Source: Nageia nagi (taxonomy: Eukaryota; Plantae; Pinophyta). From it: 64,000 bases of DNA. A program made the position numbers and the translations under genes. Below the pieces are notes generated by a model that was not told the DNA's origin, did not search any database, and saw only the letters and a list, made by a program, of their open reading frames with translations. Below are positions 52,367 through 64,000 of this stretch, piece by piece. Location: positions 434,001 through 498,000 of the forward strand of contig JBITNC010000002.1 in assembly GCA_050084985.1 (NCBI GenBank). The letters are read 5' to 3'. How positions within the stretch are numbered: position 1 is the first letter of the stretch; the number at the start of each line of letters is the position of its first letter.

Positions 52367-53759
52367 TGTAGACACCTAAAAATGTCCCTTTTTAACTAGT
52401 AAACATTGAACTAATCATAACTCTTTGTGACAATATAGAATAGGTTTAAAAACCATATTATTGGATAGCTCTCATCGAGTACATGCAAAATGAGTGGTCA
52501 CATGACCCCTTTTCGGTAAAAATTGGCTATTTGGCGGTCATTTTAATATTGTTATAAAAATGGAAAACTAGTCGCCAGCGACCCAAAACAAACACCGACG
52601 TTTTAGGATGATCACCGGTGTTTGCCTAGTAATCGCTAGCGACTCTGTAACAGCCGAACAAAAACCAAAAATAATAAAAGAAAGTTGTAATGTCTCATTC
52701 TTCCAAGATGCGATGGACAGAGAGGGTTAGTTACAACCTACGGTGGCTTTTTGACTCCCTCTTACCAGCCTTGGAAAACCTCACCCAAAATCTATAAATA
52801 CAAGCCAAAACAAAGCAATAGGGGCCTAATTTTGAAGTAGGGTAATGCTGCCAAAATCTTGTGAGCTCATACCTTTTATTATTTTATGCTTGTTTCAATT
52901 TAATACATGTCATACGTAGATGCTTTGATGTTATTATCTTTTGCATGTGTGTACGATTTACAGGTTGTCCATATCAAGGAGAGAAGCAAGCAAATCAAAA
53001 ACAATGAAGATCTAATACTCTCATTTTGGTAAATGGCATTTGTAAAAGTCCCTTCCAAGGGCAAATTGTATTTTGAGTTGAAAATCAATATCAATTTACA
53101 ATTACAACATTTCTACCTATTTTACATAATTTGAAGTTCAGTGAAAATCTAAGAATAATTATATTTTATGTTATTCTACATTCCAACTTTATTTTCACTG
53201 TAACATTCTGGTGCTAGAAGGAGGGCTCCTCCATCATTGATAGGGAGGAAATCTGTTGTAGAAATGCCAATAATTTATGGTCGAATGCTAGTGATTAGAA
53301 TCGAACGCTGGTGACTCAAAAGAAATGCCAGCGATCTCTGTTTAAATGCCGACGACTCTTACTCCAGGTAGTCTTGTCTCCTTTTTGTTATTTCTATAAA
53401 AAAAATAATAATAATAAAATAAATAAATATATATATATATATATATAATATTGTTAAAATAAAAGGATACTTTTGACTGTGATTCCTTTGCCTAGAATGC
53501 ATATAGGAACAAATAGAAAAAGGTTAAATGTATTTTTTATTAATTTACTTTATGTAAAATGTTATGTATTTATTTTCATGTTTTGGGTGAAGGGTACGTA
53601 CACATTAATACTTTTTATCTTGTCTACTTATGCTCTCCCTCTACGCTTTGTGCGATCTAAGGTGACCAGAATAGACCTGATAAGAAGGAGTATTTAATTC
53701 TTCTTTTCTTTCACATTCACACTATCATTAATTTGGTTAATTTATCCACACATAATGAC

Positions 53760-54268
53760 CTCTTACCAAGTCTGCCCTTACCACTCCATTGGAGGTCGAA
53801 GGGATATGTGACTAGTAAGAGGAGGTAATTTACTACACATAATACTTCCACAATTAGAAGGAGTAAATGAATCACACTTAATTTGGAATGAACCTAAAGG
53901 AAATAAATCGGGTTTTTGGGTAGTATAAATCATATTAAAAGGTTAATGAATTGGATGGATTCGAATACACTAAGTACTTTCACTTAACAAAGTATGCTCT
54001 CACTTTTGCGCTTCAAGTGATCCTAAGTGATCAGAAATAAGTTAAGTGAAAGAGGTAAAATTTATTCACATCTTATTTGAAAATATACTTCACATTAACA
54101 CTCTTAAAGATGTCTGCCCTTACCACTCCATTGGAGGTTGAAGGGATATGTGACTCTTGGAGGAGTAATTGAACCTCACTTAATTAATTTATCTACACTT
54201 AATGGCTTTTTACTAAGTCTGCTCTTACCACTCCATTGGAGGTCAAAGAGATATGTGACTAGTAAGAA
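53760..54268 (+). repeat. Three copies of a ~60-nt hairpin-forming motif in the retroelement leader
   Basis: GTCTGCCCTTACCACTCCATTGGAGGTCGAAGGGATATGTGAC at about 53770, 54112 and 54217. Confidence 0.9.
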
Positions 54269-56728
54269 GAGAAAATTTATCACATATAAAACTTCCACAG
54301 CTGGAAGGAGTTAATGAACATCATTAAGAGGTTGGATAATGAATCACATTATAATTAAAAAAGAACAACGAGGTTTATTAAGGTCAAAGTCCACTTAAAA
54401 TAAACTTTTGATTGTATCACATTAAAATAAGATAAGTAAATGGACATGAATGTTGGGGAGGGTAATATGCATAAATGTATTTTATTTGTTTAAATGCATT
54501 TCATAAGGCCTTAAAGGAATTTTATCATTATGAGGTTTGTCTTGGTTGCACTTTTAACTTATGTTCCTTTTTCTATCAAAGTAAAACCAAAAATACAAAG
54601 ACTATGGTCACATCTTGCCAAGACAACCTTAGATACCTATTCTACTTCAAAGGTCATGAAGAGTGATTTTTATATCGACATTGAAAAGCTTTTAGCATAT
54701 TTAGCAAAGATAGAACAATGTACCATACCTCTTCTTCAATCCTCATAAAGCCTTATTAGATCCCATGAAGAGCTAGAGTATAGTTCTTCCATTCCTTTGC
54801 CCTCATCATGGGATGAGTTTGAAATTGAAAATAATGAGCCCATCATAAAGATTGAAAACTCATCGACACATCTCATCAAATTAAAATCTTGTTGTGCATC
54901 CCCTTTTGAGACTATCGAACCTAATAAGCCAATTTGCTAAGGGATGAATCGAGTATTAATGCTGAAGGCCTTGATGCAACATCCTATGCTATATCATATG
55001 ACCTCCTAGAGTTAGATACCTTGATGTCTTCACCCCAACCTTGGGATGAATATGATATTAAAGAAGAGGAGTTTGACAAGAATCTTGAGGATATTTCAGA
55101 GCATTCTTCAGAATTGCAATTTCATGCTCCTCCCCTTCTTGAGGTTACAAGACCTTTTATCGATTCCCATGAATCTCATAATATTCTTGAGTTCAAGGAT
55201 GAAACTTGTTCATTCTCATCACACGTAGAAATTGGAGAGCCTCACATAAGAATTAAAAAATCCATAGATTGTATTATTGAATCTCAAGAATTTCAATCAC
55301 AAAGAAATGAAAAATATAAAAATAAAATTTCCAAAGCTAGCACACATGAGCTTAGGAATGAACATCCATGTGGGGAAACAACACATCATGATAATGATAC
55401 AAAGTTTTATGAGGATGAATGTTGTTCAAACCCACTAAAAATACCTTCAAAATATCAAACCAACTTGATGAAAAATTGGGAATGTGATAAAGAAGATAGC
55501 CCTACAACAAATAAATTACTTAGGAATATTTTCTATGATGAAAAAGCTAAGAATAGTTTGCAAAGGGAATCCCATTAACAACAACAAGCATGTTCTTCTC
55601 ACGATCAACATGACAAAACCTTCAATGACTTTTTCGACAAAATGAGACAAGAAGAGATGAGGCAAAAGCATGATGTAAAAGCTTATGCAAACCAAAAGAG
55701 TCAAGCTTGGGTGCAATTATCATCACCACTTAATTACCAAGTATGAAGATATCAAGACTCCTACTCTAATCAACAAAGAGAATTGCCTCTTGAAATCTTA
55801 GATTATCAACCTCAAAGCTTCTCTTCACAAGCTAGGACAACTGACCCCACCTATCAAAAAACACTTCATAGGGCTAGGTCTTGTATGGAAGATTTTGATA
55901 GAATGACCTTGTATTTAGTAAGAACCTCGCAAACAACTCTTCAATGTAAGATCTCAAACAAATTCTTCTATGATCCTTATTCCTGTGAGAAACCCTCATC
56001 GCAAGAAAATTGTAGAAAAGCTTTAGCTAAACAATTCAAGGTAGGAGAGATACCCTCTTTTGCGGAGTTGGAGGCAAAGAGAAAATACATAGAGAGAGAT
56101 TGTGAAGAAACTATAAACTTTAGTAAAAGATATGAAGATGTTCAAAGTAAGTTAGAAGAGGAAGCCAAACTTAAAGAAAGAATATAGAACTCAAAGAAAA
56201 AGAAAAGCAAGAGCTTGACAAACAACGATAAATTTTTGATAAGGTAAAACAAGAAGTTCGAGATAGTTGGTTACTTCATGAGAAGTCTCAACAAAATAAA
56301 GTACAACAATCTACAACTCTTAGAAATCCAATGCAAGGGTATCATTTACCTTCTAATCTTCCATCATTATCATCTTCATCATTGTTATCAAGATCTCTTT
56401 CTGATGATGAATCTTATAATTCAGACCTGAAGTTAGAAAGAAACACCAATCATAGAAGATACTGAAAACTTCCTCAGGACAGTTGGACAAATAAAGAATT
56501 AGAAGATTTCATGAATAAAGAAATGAACATTTCAAGGTTCAAGAAGTTGACATATGATAATATTTGCAATGAACCCATTCATCCAAGTGTCCCTAAGAAG
56601 AAATTACCTTACAACTTTGAAATACCTAAGATAATTCCTTTTATAGGAAATAAGGATCCTAAGGAACATTTAAGGTGGTTTAAGTTTTCAAATTACCTAA
56701 TTTCTAACGATGAGGTCTTGATGATACG

Positions 56729-59700
56729 TGTTGATTAGGATTGTGTAATATATGCATCGCGAACAATCTTAACCAAAGTAAATCAAGAACAGACTATGGT
56801 GACAGTCTGATCTTTGGAGAAGGTCGGTTCCTTATACATTGGGTGTAGGAGAAGTAACAAGAAAGGAAATAAAAAGAGTAGAGTGCGAGGAATTTAAGCA
56901 AAAGGGTTAGGGTAGCAGGAAAGAAAATAAAAAGGAGTAGAGTGTGAGGAATTTAAGCAAAAAGGCTTAGGGTAACAAGAGAGAAAGCAAAGGTGGATCA
57001 CTAGTTCAACGCGAGCTTTCACAGTGTGTGAAACCTTGGTCTGAATCTAGTGTAGCAGCTACGGTACAAGCTCTCACTCTCTAATAGTTTCCCAGCTTTA
57101 CTCTACCATATAGCAGACACAGTTATACTAGCAGCTCACGATTATCATTTAGGAAACAAGCCAAAGCTACCACGATGTAACCAAATTAAGAATGACAATT
57201 ACAAGTGCTAGACAAGAAAGGTCAAGATGGTATCATATTACTGATAAAAACTACAGGTCTTCGAGAACAAATGTAAAGAGCAATACTAGGGCTTTCGACC
57301 CCTTTTCCATTTTATTTTCATATACTTATACTGCAGTAACAACAGTTACAAGAATTACAGAACATAAATGTTTACAAAAATGGCTTCAAGATTCTAGCCT
57401 TCTTTTAACTGATACTACCTACATACGCCACTTGGTAGAATATTACAAAAATGGGGCAAATTGTAGATGATACTATGATTTGACCTCTTGCTGGCATCGT
57501 CTTTACCGTGATGTTCTATTTACTAGCTCCAGCTATTTGATCCCCCTTTACTGACCTCATCTCTACATTCTGGAATGCTCTACTCATCGGCTCCAGCTAT
57601 TCGATCACTCCTCGCTGACCTCATCATTTTCGGGACCTAGTTTCATTAAAAAATGTGAACATCATTCTCCCCATGATGTCATCTCTTACCTTTAGAATGT
57701 TTTACTCACTGGCTCCAGCTATTTGATTACTCCTTACTGACCTCATCACTTTCGGGCTTCAGTTTTGGGTTAAGGCCTGAAATTGTTGATGTCATCTCTT
57801 TCGAAATGCTTTATTTACTGACCCCAGCTTCTCAATTCCCCTTGCTAACCTCATCATCTCTGGAACCTGATCTTTACCAAAATGTGACTATCTTATCCTC
57901 CGTGATGTCATCATTTTATTCCAGAATGCTTTACTTCTGGAACACTTAATTTACGGGCTTCGACTTCTTCGATTATCTCTTGCTGACCTCACCTCCTCTG
58001 GAACCCAAGCTTTTCCACAACTGAGCTTCATCCTTTCTTCTGTGATGTCATCATTTCATTTCGGAACACTTTATCTACTGACTTCGGCCTGTTTTGTTTG
58101 CTCCCAAAAAAACTCCTGGGGATCTTAAAATGAACTCATGATTGCAAGTAAGGTACATCGGGGCTTTAATAAAGAATTTATTATTATGAATGTACATTAT
58201 GGCGACCTCTGGGGGAAAATTTCACCTTTATCAAAGAGGAATTTAGAACCTAGTCTGAAAAAATAATACCAACGCATTTCACTACTACATAGGGTCCGGA
58301 CCACATGGATTCAAATTTTTTTTGTTTCCTCGGTTTAGCTCTGTCCTCATCCCATTTCAATACTAAATCTCCTTCTCTGAAAGTATCTGGAGTTGATTTT
58401 CGACCGTCGAACCACCTTTTACTATTTCATTTCTTCTCCGGAGGTCTTGATATGATTGATTTTGGAGCTCTTTTGGGATTCAACTTTTCTTTCCAGAATA
58501 CCGAAGACTAGGGGTTTTTCCTTGATCTTGTTTCCACAGCAAAACCTCCTATACCCGTTGGTGCAAAATTCCTCAGGTTCACATCTCGGCTTATGTCGTC
58601 AGCTACACCAGGCGGAGGAATGCCCCCACTTTTTGATAAATATTCTTGGTATTGATAAACAGGACATGTGGTTTGTTCATGAGCGTTATTACAGGCCAAA
58701 CACCAACTAGTGGCTGACCCTGAAGAGGAAGCTTGGCTCACATCCTCATTCAACACATTCTGAGCCTCTTCTACAGCAGGATAAGGATATCTTCTTGCAT
58801 TGCTTTGTCTACGTAGAATGGTAATCTAGTTTGCCATATTTCTACACAAGTTTCGGAGTTCCTGAATCTCTATCGATGAGGCTACCCCTTGATTCATATT
58901 AGGTTGATGAGGGGCTGGTAAGGCCAAGGGAGCTCTAGGGACTGGCAAGGTTGATGGCCACTGTTGGACAAGGGTGGGGATACTGGTTAGTGGTGGAGCC
59001 AAACTAATTGCTTAAGGTCTCAAAATTTACTGCTGGGTAGTTATTGGAAAATAAGGCATTGGCATGCGACTTGGCAATTTCCCAACTGTAATAAGATAGG
59101 ATTCAGCATATACTGCTTATCTATAGACCTCTGGGAAAGTATTTACTCCAAAATTTTGGATTTGCAGAGAGAGATCCGGAGGAAAGGCTCTCATGTAATA
59201 CATTAAGGTTTGAAATTGCTGAGGCCTGACTGGCATGGGGACTCTCACCCAAGTTTTTTGGAATCTAATATTGAAATCAGGGATATTTTCTTGCTCATAT
59301 CATTTGTTCTCAAAGACCTGTAGTTTTTATCAGTAATATGATACCATCTTGACCTTTCTTATCTAGCACTCGTAATTGTCATTCTTAATTTGGTTACATC
59401 ATGGCAGCTTGGCTTGTTTCCTGAATGATAATTATGAGTTGCTAGTATAACTATGTCTGCTACATGGTAGAGTAAAGCTGGGAAACTATTAGAGAGTGAG
59501 AGCTTGTACTGTAGCTACTACACTAGATTTAGACCAAGGTTTCACACACTGTGAAAGCCTGCGCTGAACTAGTGATCCACCTTTGCTTTCTCTCTTGTTA
59601 CCCTAAGCCTTTTTGCTTAAATTCCTCGCACTCTGCTCCTTTTTATTTCCTTTCCTGTTACTTTGCTTTCTCTCTTGTTACCCTAACCCTTTTGCTTAAA

Positions 59701-59865
59701 TTCCTCGCACTCTACTCCTTTTTATTTCCTTTCCTGTTACTTTTTCTACACCCAATAGATAAGGAACCGACCTTCTCCGGAGATCAGACTGTCACTATAG
59801 TCTGTTCTTGATTTACTTTGGTTAAGATTGTTCATGGCGCATATATTACACAATCCTAATCAACA
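56729..59865 (-). mobile_element. Gypsy-derived insertion with ~550-bp terminal inverted repeats (56729-57273 and 59301-59865), a gag fragment and an integrase C-terminus
   Basis: TGTTGATTAGG...CCTAATCAACA; TSD ATACG/ATATG; removing it restores host gag in frame; internal ENIPDFNIRFQKTW, WCLACNNAH and FREGDLVLKWD...SMWSGPY on the minus strand. Confidence 0.92.
57480..58085. repeat. Degenerate tandem repeat (about 120-bp units with ~60-bp subunits) inside the LTR
   Basis: Recurrent CTCCAGCTATT, CTGACCTCATC and TGATGTCATC blocks. Confidence 0.75.
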
Positions 59866-62800
59866 ATATGTTTATTCCCCATGACGCTTGTAGCCCAAGC
59901 CCTGGAATGGTATAATAATTTGCCACGACATAGTATTTATTCATTTTCCCAATTGGCAAACTTGTTCTTACAACATTTTAAGATTTATATCAAAGAGGAA
60001 TCTTCTATTATGGATCTTGTAGAACTAAAACAATCTCAGAATGAATCAATTGTTGACTTTGTTTCACGATGGAAGGATATACTCTATGGCATGCCCTATA
60101 CCTTACCTCAGGAGGAGTTAGTTAAATTATTAAGTCAAAATTGTTTAAGGCCTATAGCTAGTATATTACAAATCCAACAATATAATACTCTCGAAGAAGC
60201 TATTGCTCAAGCAGTTATAATTGAGAAGGTCAAAATTGAATATGGTGAAATAAAAATTACGAGGAAAGAAAAATATAACAAAAATGAGTATTATAATTAT
60301 CACCATCAAAGAGGTCATAGTACGAAAAATTGTCTAGCATTCAGAAATAGAACTCAAAATTCAATCAAAGATAATAACTTGGAAGTTGAACACCATACTT
60401 CTATTTCAGATCAAAATTTAAAAAATTATCAAGACTCACTTCCTTCATATCAAGTAAATACAGTATCTATTGTACCTAATTACAGTCAAGTGACACCCAC
60501 CTAGAATCCAAGTAATCAACCTATTATAAGAATAGTTGGAGTTGATACTGGAACTCAAAACATACAAGAAAAACAAATTGATATATCACATAAGCAAAAA
60601 TCCAAAATGCAAGTTCCTCCATTGATACATCAGCCTATAATTTCTTTTTATGACCATGAGAGACAACCAAACAAGGGACTTCAAGGGTTAGATCCACCTC
60701 TCCATGTCATTGGTAAAGTAAATGGTAAAATTGTTAAGAGGATGTTAATAGATGAAGGGTCAGATGTTAATATCATATCTACATTGGCATGTCACAAATT
60801 GAATCTTCCTTTCTCTCATATTTCTTTACCATCATTACAAATAAAAGCATTTAATAATGCCTTATGTTCAACAATAGGGTCGATAGTGTTACCCATCACC
60901 ATTGGATGTAAGACGATACAAACATCATTATATATCATTGAAGGGAACATTGAACAATATAATATTCTTTTAGGTAGACCATGGATTCAAGAAATGGAAT
61001 GTGTCCCATCTACATTTCATGGTTGTCTAAAATACATTCATGAGGGAGTACTCTATTGTGTACAAAGAGATGAAAATCCATACTCACATTATAATATTAC
61101 GAAATCATCGAAAATGAAACCTCCTATGCAAAATTCAAAGGGGAAATCATCATCCATCTTTGCTGGGCAAGGGCATAATCATAAAGATATGAGATGGAAA
61201 TCAAAATCCAAAGATGATTACAATGATGGAATGCAATCTTTGGAACAACCTAAGAGGGTGGTAGATCATATAATGAAAGAAAACCTAAAACCTAAGTCAA
61301 TAAAATATGATAAGTATGGACATCATGTTTATCATCATCACTTGGGGCATAATACTAAACATTGCCACCAATTAAATCATGCCCTTCATGATTTGATGGA
61401 TGATAGACGATTTGAAGTAGATATACCTTTATTGATAGATAACAATTTACATCATCTACAAAATACATATATGCATTCCACAGGATTAAACAATGATAAA
61501 TTATGTTATTTGCATAAGGATAGTCAATCTCCTTCACATCGTTCACATTGGGGCAGTCGTCTCCCATCTTACTTTTGATCTCCTCATGTTTTACATAGAT
61601 CACATTGGGGCAATTGCCCTCCATTATAAAAAAAAAAAATCATCAAAACATGATTTAGAAATCACACAAACATCAAAATATGATTAAAAACTAAAATGAT
61701 CATATCTGATTTTGAAATAGGTTATAATATGTTTATTGCATTTCCATGTCTTCTTCTTTTTCCACCTCATATTCATCCCCCATTATGTTGGAATATTTGA
61801 GTATCAGATTATATTCTAATGATTCATCAAGGCATATATACTATACATTATCCATGATCACTTCCATACCATTATACAAATATGTTTAATACTTATTGTA
61901 AAAGAAATAGTTTATGAAATTAATATTCTTATTGACTTTACCCACCTTCATCATGAAATTCTTGAAACTTTGGATGATAAACAAACATGACTATGATACA
62001 CTTAAGGTTATTACAGACTCATACACATCTTCACATTTAAATAATCTTAAAATAGTCAAGAATGAGGTGTTACAAGAGCATGATTTCGAGCGAAAGTATT
62101 ACATGTTCATCCTATTATTCGCTTCATCTCGAACCCAAGAATCATTTGATAGTTTTATATAAAAAAAAAAGAGGTGAAAAGAGATGACAAAAGTCAAAAC
62201 AAAAAAAATAAAAATTACTACATCATATCAATGATTCTTGGGTGATTACAATATCCTCTACTGGGGCTATAGACACCTGACTAGCAGTAGAGCAAGGTTG
62301 TAGTGAGATCGAGGGGTTAATCCTCATCGGGGCTATGGATGCCTATCTGGCAATGGGGCATACCTTACGAGTGGCGACATGTCCATATTGGTTAGTGACC
62401 TTTCCTATGGACCTCTGTACGTTTCATATGGATGAACTAGCTTATATATTTTATGCTCTTGTGACATTTAGTTTGAGATTATCTAAAGATGGAAATAAAC
62501 ATCATTGCGCAGACATGAGTCTATGATAATTTTGAGAACATCATGAATTTGTTTTATATCATCTAAAGAAGGAAAAATCTAATGGTGATTGGTTAATATG
62601 GTCAACTTGAATATTATGATCATTACATTTCTTCATCATCCCATGCCTCCATCCCATACTATTTATTATTACATAGTAATTAATATTACACTTATATTTA
62701 TCAATGCCTTGATGAGTTGATTAGTTTATCTCTCTAAATACTCAATACATCCTATGTCTATTCATTTGTTATACTATTTCATATTAACATCGACCACCCC

Positions 62801-62919
62801 ATATACATTATACTATACCAACTTTCATATTTTATTATCCAACATCCATATATTTTCTAATCTATCTTTATCGATTGTTAAATTGGAGGTGCTTCCATAT
62901 TATTTGAGAAAAAGAGCGA

Positions 62920-63255
62920 GTAATTTCTCTCCCCATTAATATGGGAGTCAACATTGTTGTTGTTAAAACCTTTTGCTTCTATTCTTATCTACAAGTTTAA
63001 GCAAGAAATTGCCCTTAGTAGATTGATAAAAGTCAACCCTAGAACATTGTTAAATTTTATAGCTTCCATTATTCTTTGAGATCGAGAATAAGAAATTATT
63101 CTCCCCATTGAATTGGAAGTCAATGTTCTTTTCCTATCATATCCCATCCATTTCAACCCTATAGAACATCGTTAAAAAGCTTCCATCATTCCTTGGGACC
63201 GAGAGTAAAAAATTGCTCTTCCCTTTGAATTGGAAGTCGATGTTCTTCTCCCCTT
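62920..63255 (+). repeat. Three degenerate repeats in the retroelement 3' region
   Basis: CTCCCCATT(G)AAT(A/T)TGG(G/A)AGTCAA and TTGTTAAAA..CTT repeated. Confidence 0.6.
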
Positions 63256-64000
63256 TCCATTCATTATCATCTACCCATAAATTGAATGTGTGTTACATCT
63301 TGTTCCATATCCTTTGTACATGTTATCATAAAATAAAAGTATTAGTAGCCAAATTTGGTAAATGATACAATCTAATACTGCAAATTTTCAAATCATTATC
63401 CTTAAATTTGAAGATATTTAATAATATCAAAATTAACATTTAAAAAATAAAAATACAATAATAATCACATACGTCTTTAATGGGATAATTGTTATCATCA
63501 TATTCCTCATCATGAATCTTTGATGATATCAAATTATAAACAATTCCATCCTGAAATCTTTGATAATGATTTTTGCAAGAAATGATAATGAAACCCATTC
63601 TGTTGGGGCAAATAGCAGAGTTATCAAACATTAAAATGTTATCTACTTTGAAAGGACTCCACGTCACATACATGCTAATGACATAGAGCCTATGGAATAA
63701 AGTGTTCCATTAAATAGCATTTGTAGACAAGCATGAGTACTTAGTAAAATGTAGAACTTATTTTCAAAATACTTTGATTGCGAAAATTCAAAAAGTTTAT
63801 GTTTGATCATAATTTGGGGCAACTATGATTGTCCATGACCCAAAGCAAATCATTTGCCTCTACCATCAACCAACAAAATCAAGATTTAAAATATTCGTAC
63901 ATAAGTTGATAAACTCAAGTGTACGAGTCTTGACTTAACCACTTACCAACCTTAAGTATATTATCACCTACTTATGAGTCTAGTGGTATTTGTATAATTC

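Larger units (their letters stand above)
52367..63300 (+). mobile_element. Ogre/Tat-like Ty3/gypsy element (5' LTR 52367-53205, PBS 53209-53225, extra ORF1, gag, protease; no RT seen; 3' LTR not in window)
   Basis: TGTAGACACC..TAACA; PBS-like TGGTGCTAGAAGGAGGG; gag FEIPKI..F.G..DPKEHL...LMIR|LFPMTL..QALEWYNNLP; protease MLIDEGSDVNII...ILLGRPWI. Confidence 0.85.

Noticed and set aside
57590-57750. Hammerhead ribozyme (minus strand TGATGA-GGTCA..TGATC-GAATA), i.e. a retrozyme
   Set aside because: It lacks the C of CUGANGA and the GAAA core in the copies examined, and there is no convincing stem I or III.
56729-59865. DIRS element or Mutator/foldback DNA transposon
   Set aside because: The 5-bp TSD, TG..CA ends and gypsy gag/integrase remnants point to an LTR origin; no tyrosine recombinase or transposase is present.

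Overview
AT-rich, repeat-saturated plant nuclear DNA. The TE repertoire and the inferred giant intron suggest a gymnosperm/conifer (inference). The only host gene is exon 1 of an AXR4 (AUXIN RESISTANT 4)-like ER alpha/beta-hydrolase on the minus strand (45590-44307). Its expected last exon was not found, so positions 1-44306 are probably one intron of more than 44 kb. The rest is nested, mostly decayed TEs: Ty1/copia and Ty3/gypsy elements, solo LTRs, a fragmented hAT transposase, two non-autonomous hAT elements, RTEX-like and L1 LINE remnants, and a dimeric tRNA-SINE. Highlights: (1) a Penelope-like RT with Naiad/Chlamys- or Neptune-like rather than Dryad-like motifs, rebuilt across a solo-LTR insertion; (2) an LTR family with CRISPR-like arrays of about 44-bp palindromes and variable spacers; (3) a gypsy derivative with about 550-bp inverted LTR ends and a normal 5-bp TSD; (4) a copia flanked by a 200-bp target duplication; (5) a triplicated, covarying RNA hairpin in an Ogre/Tat leader. 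Alignments were done by eye. Junction coordinates were counted from the sequence, while boundaries of decayed regions are approximate.
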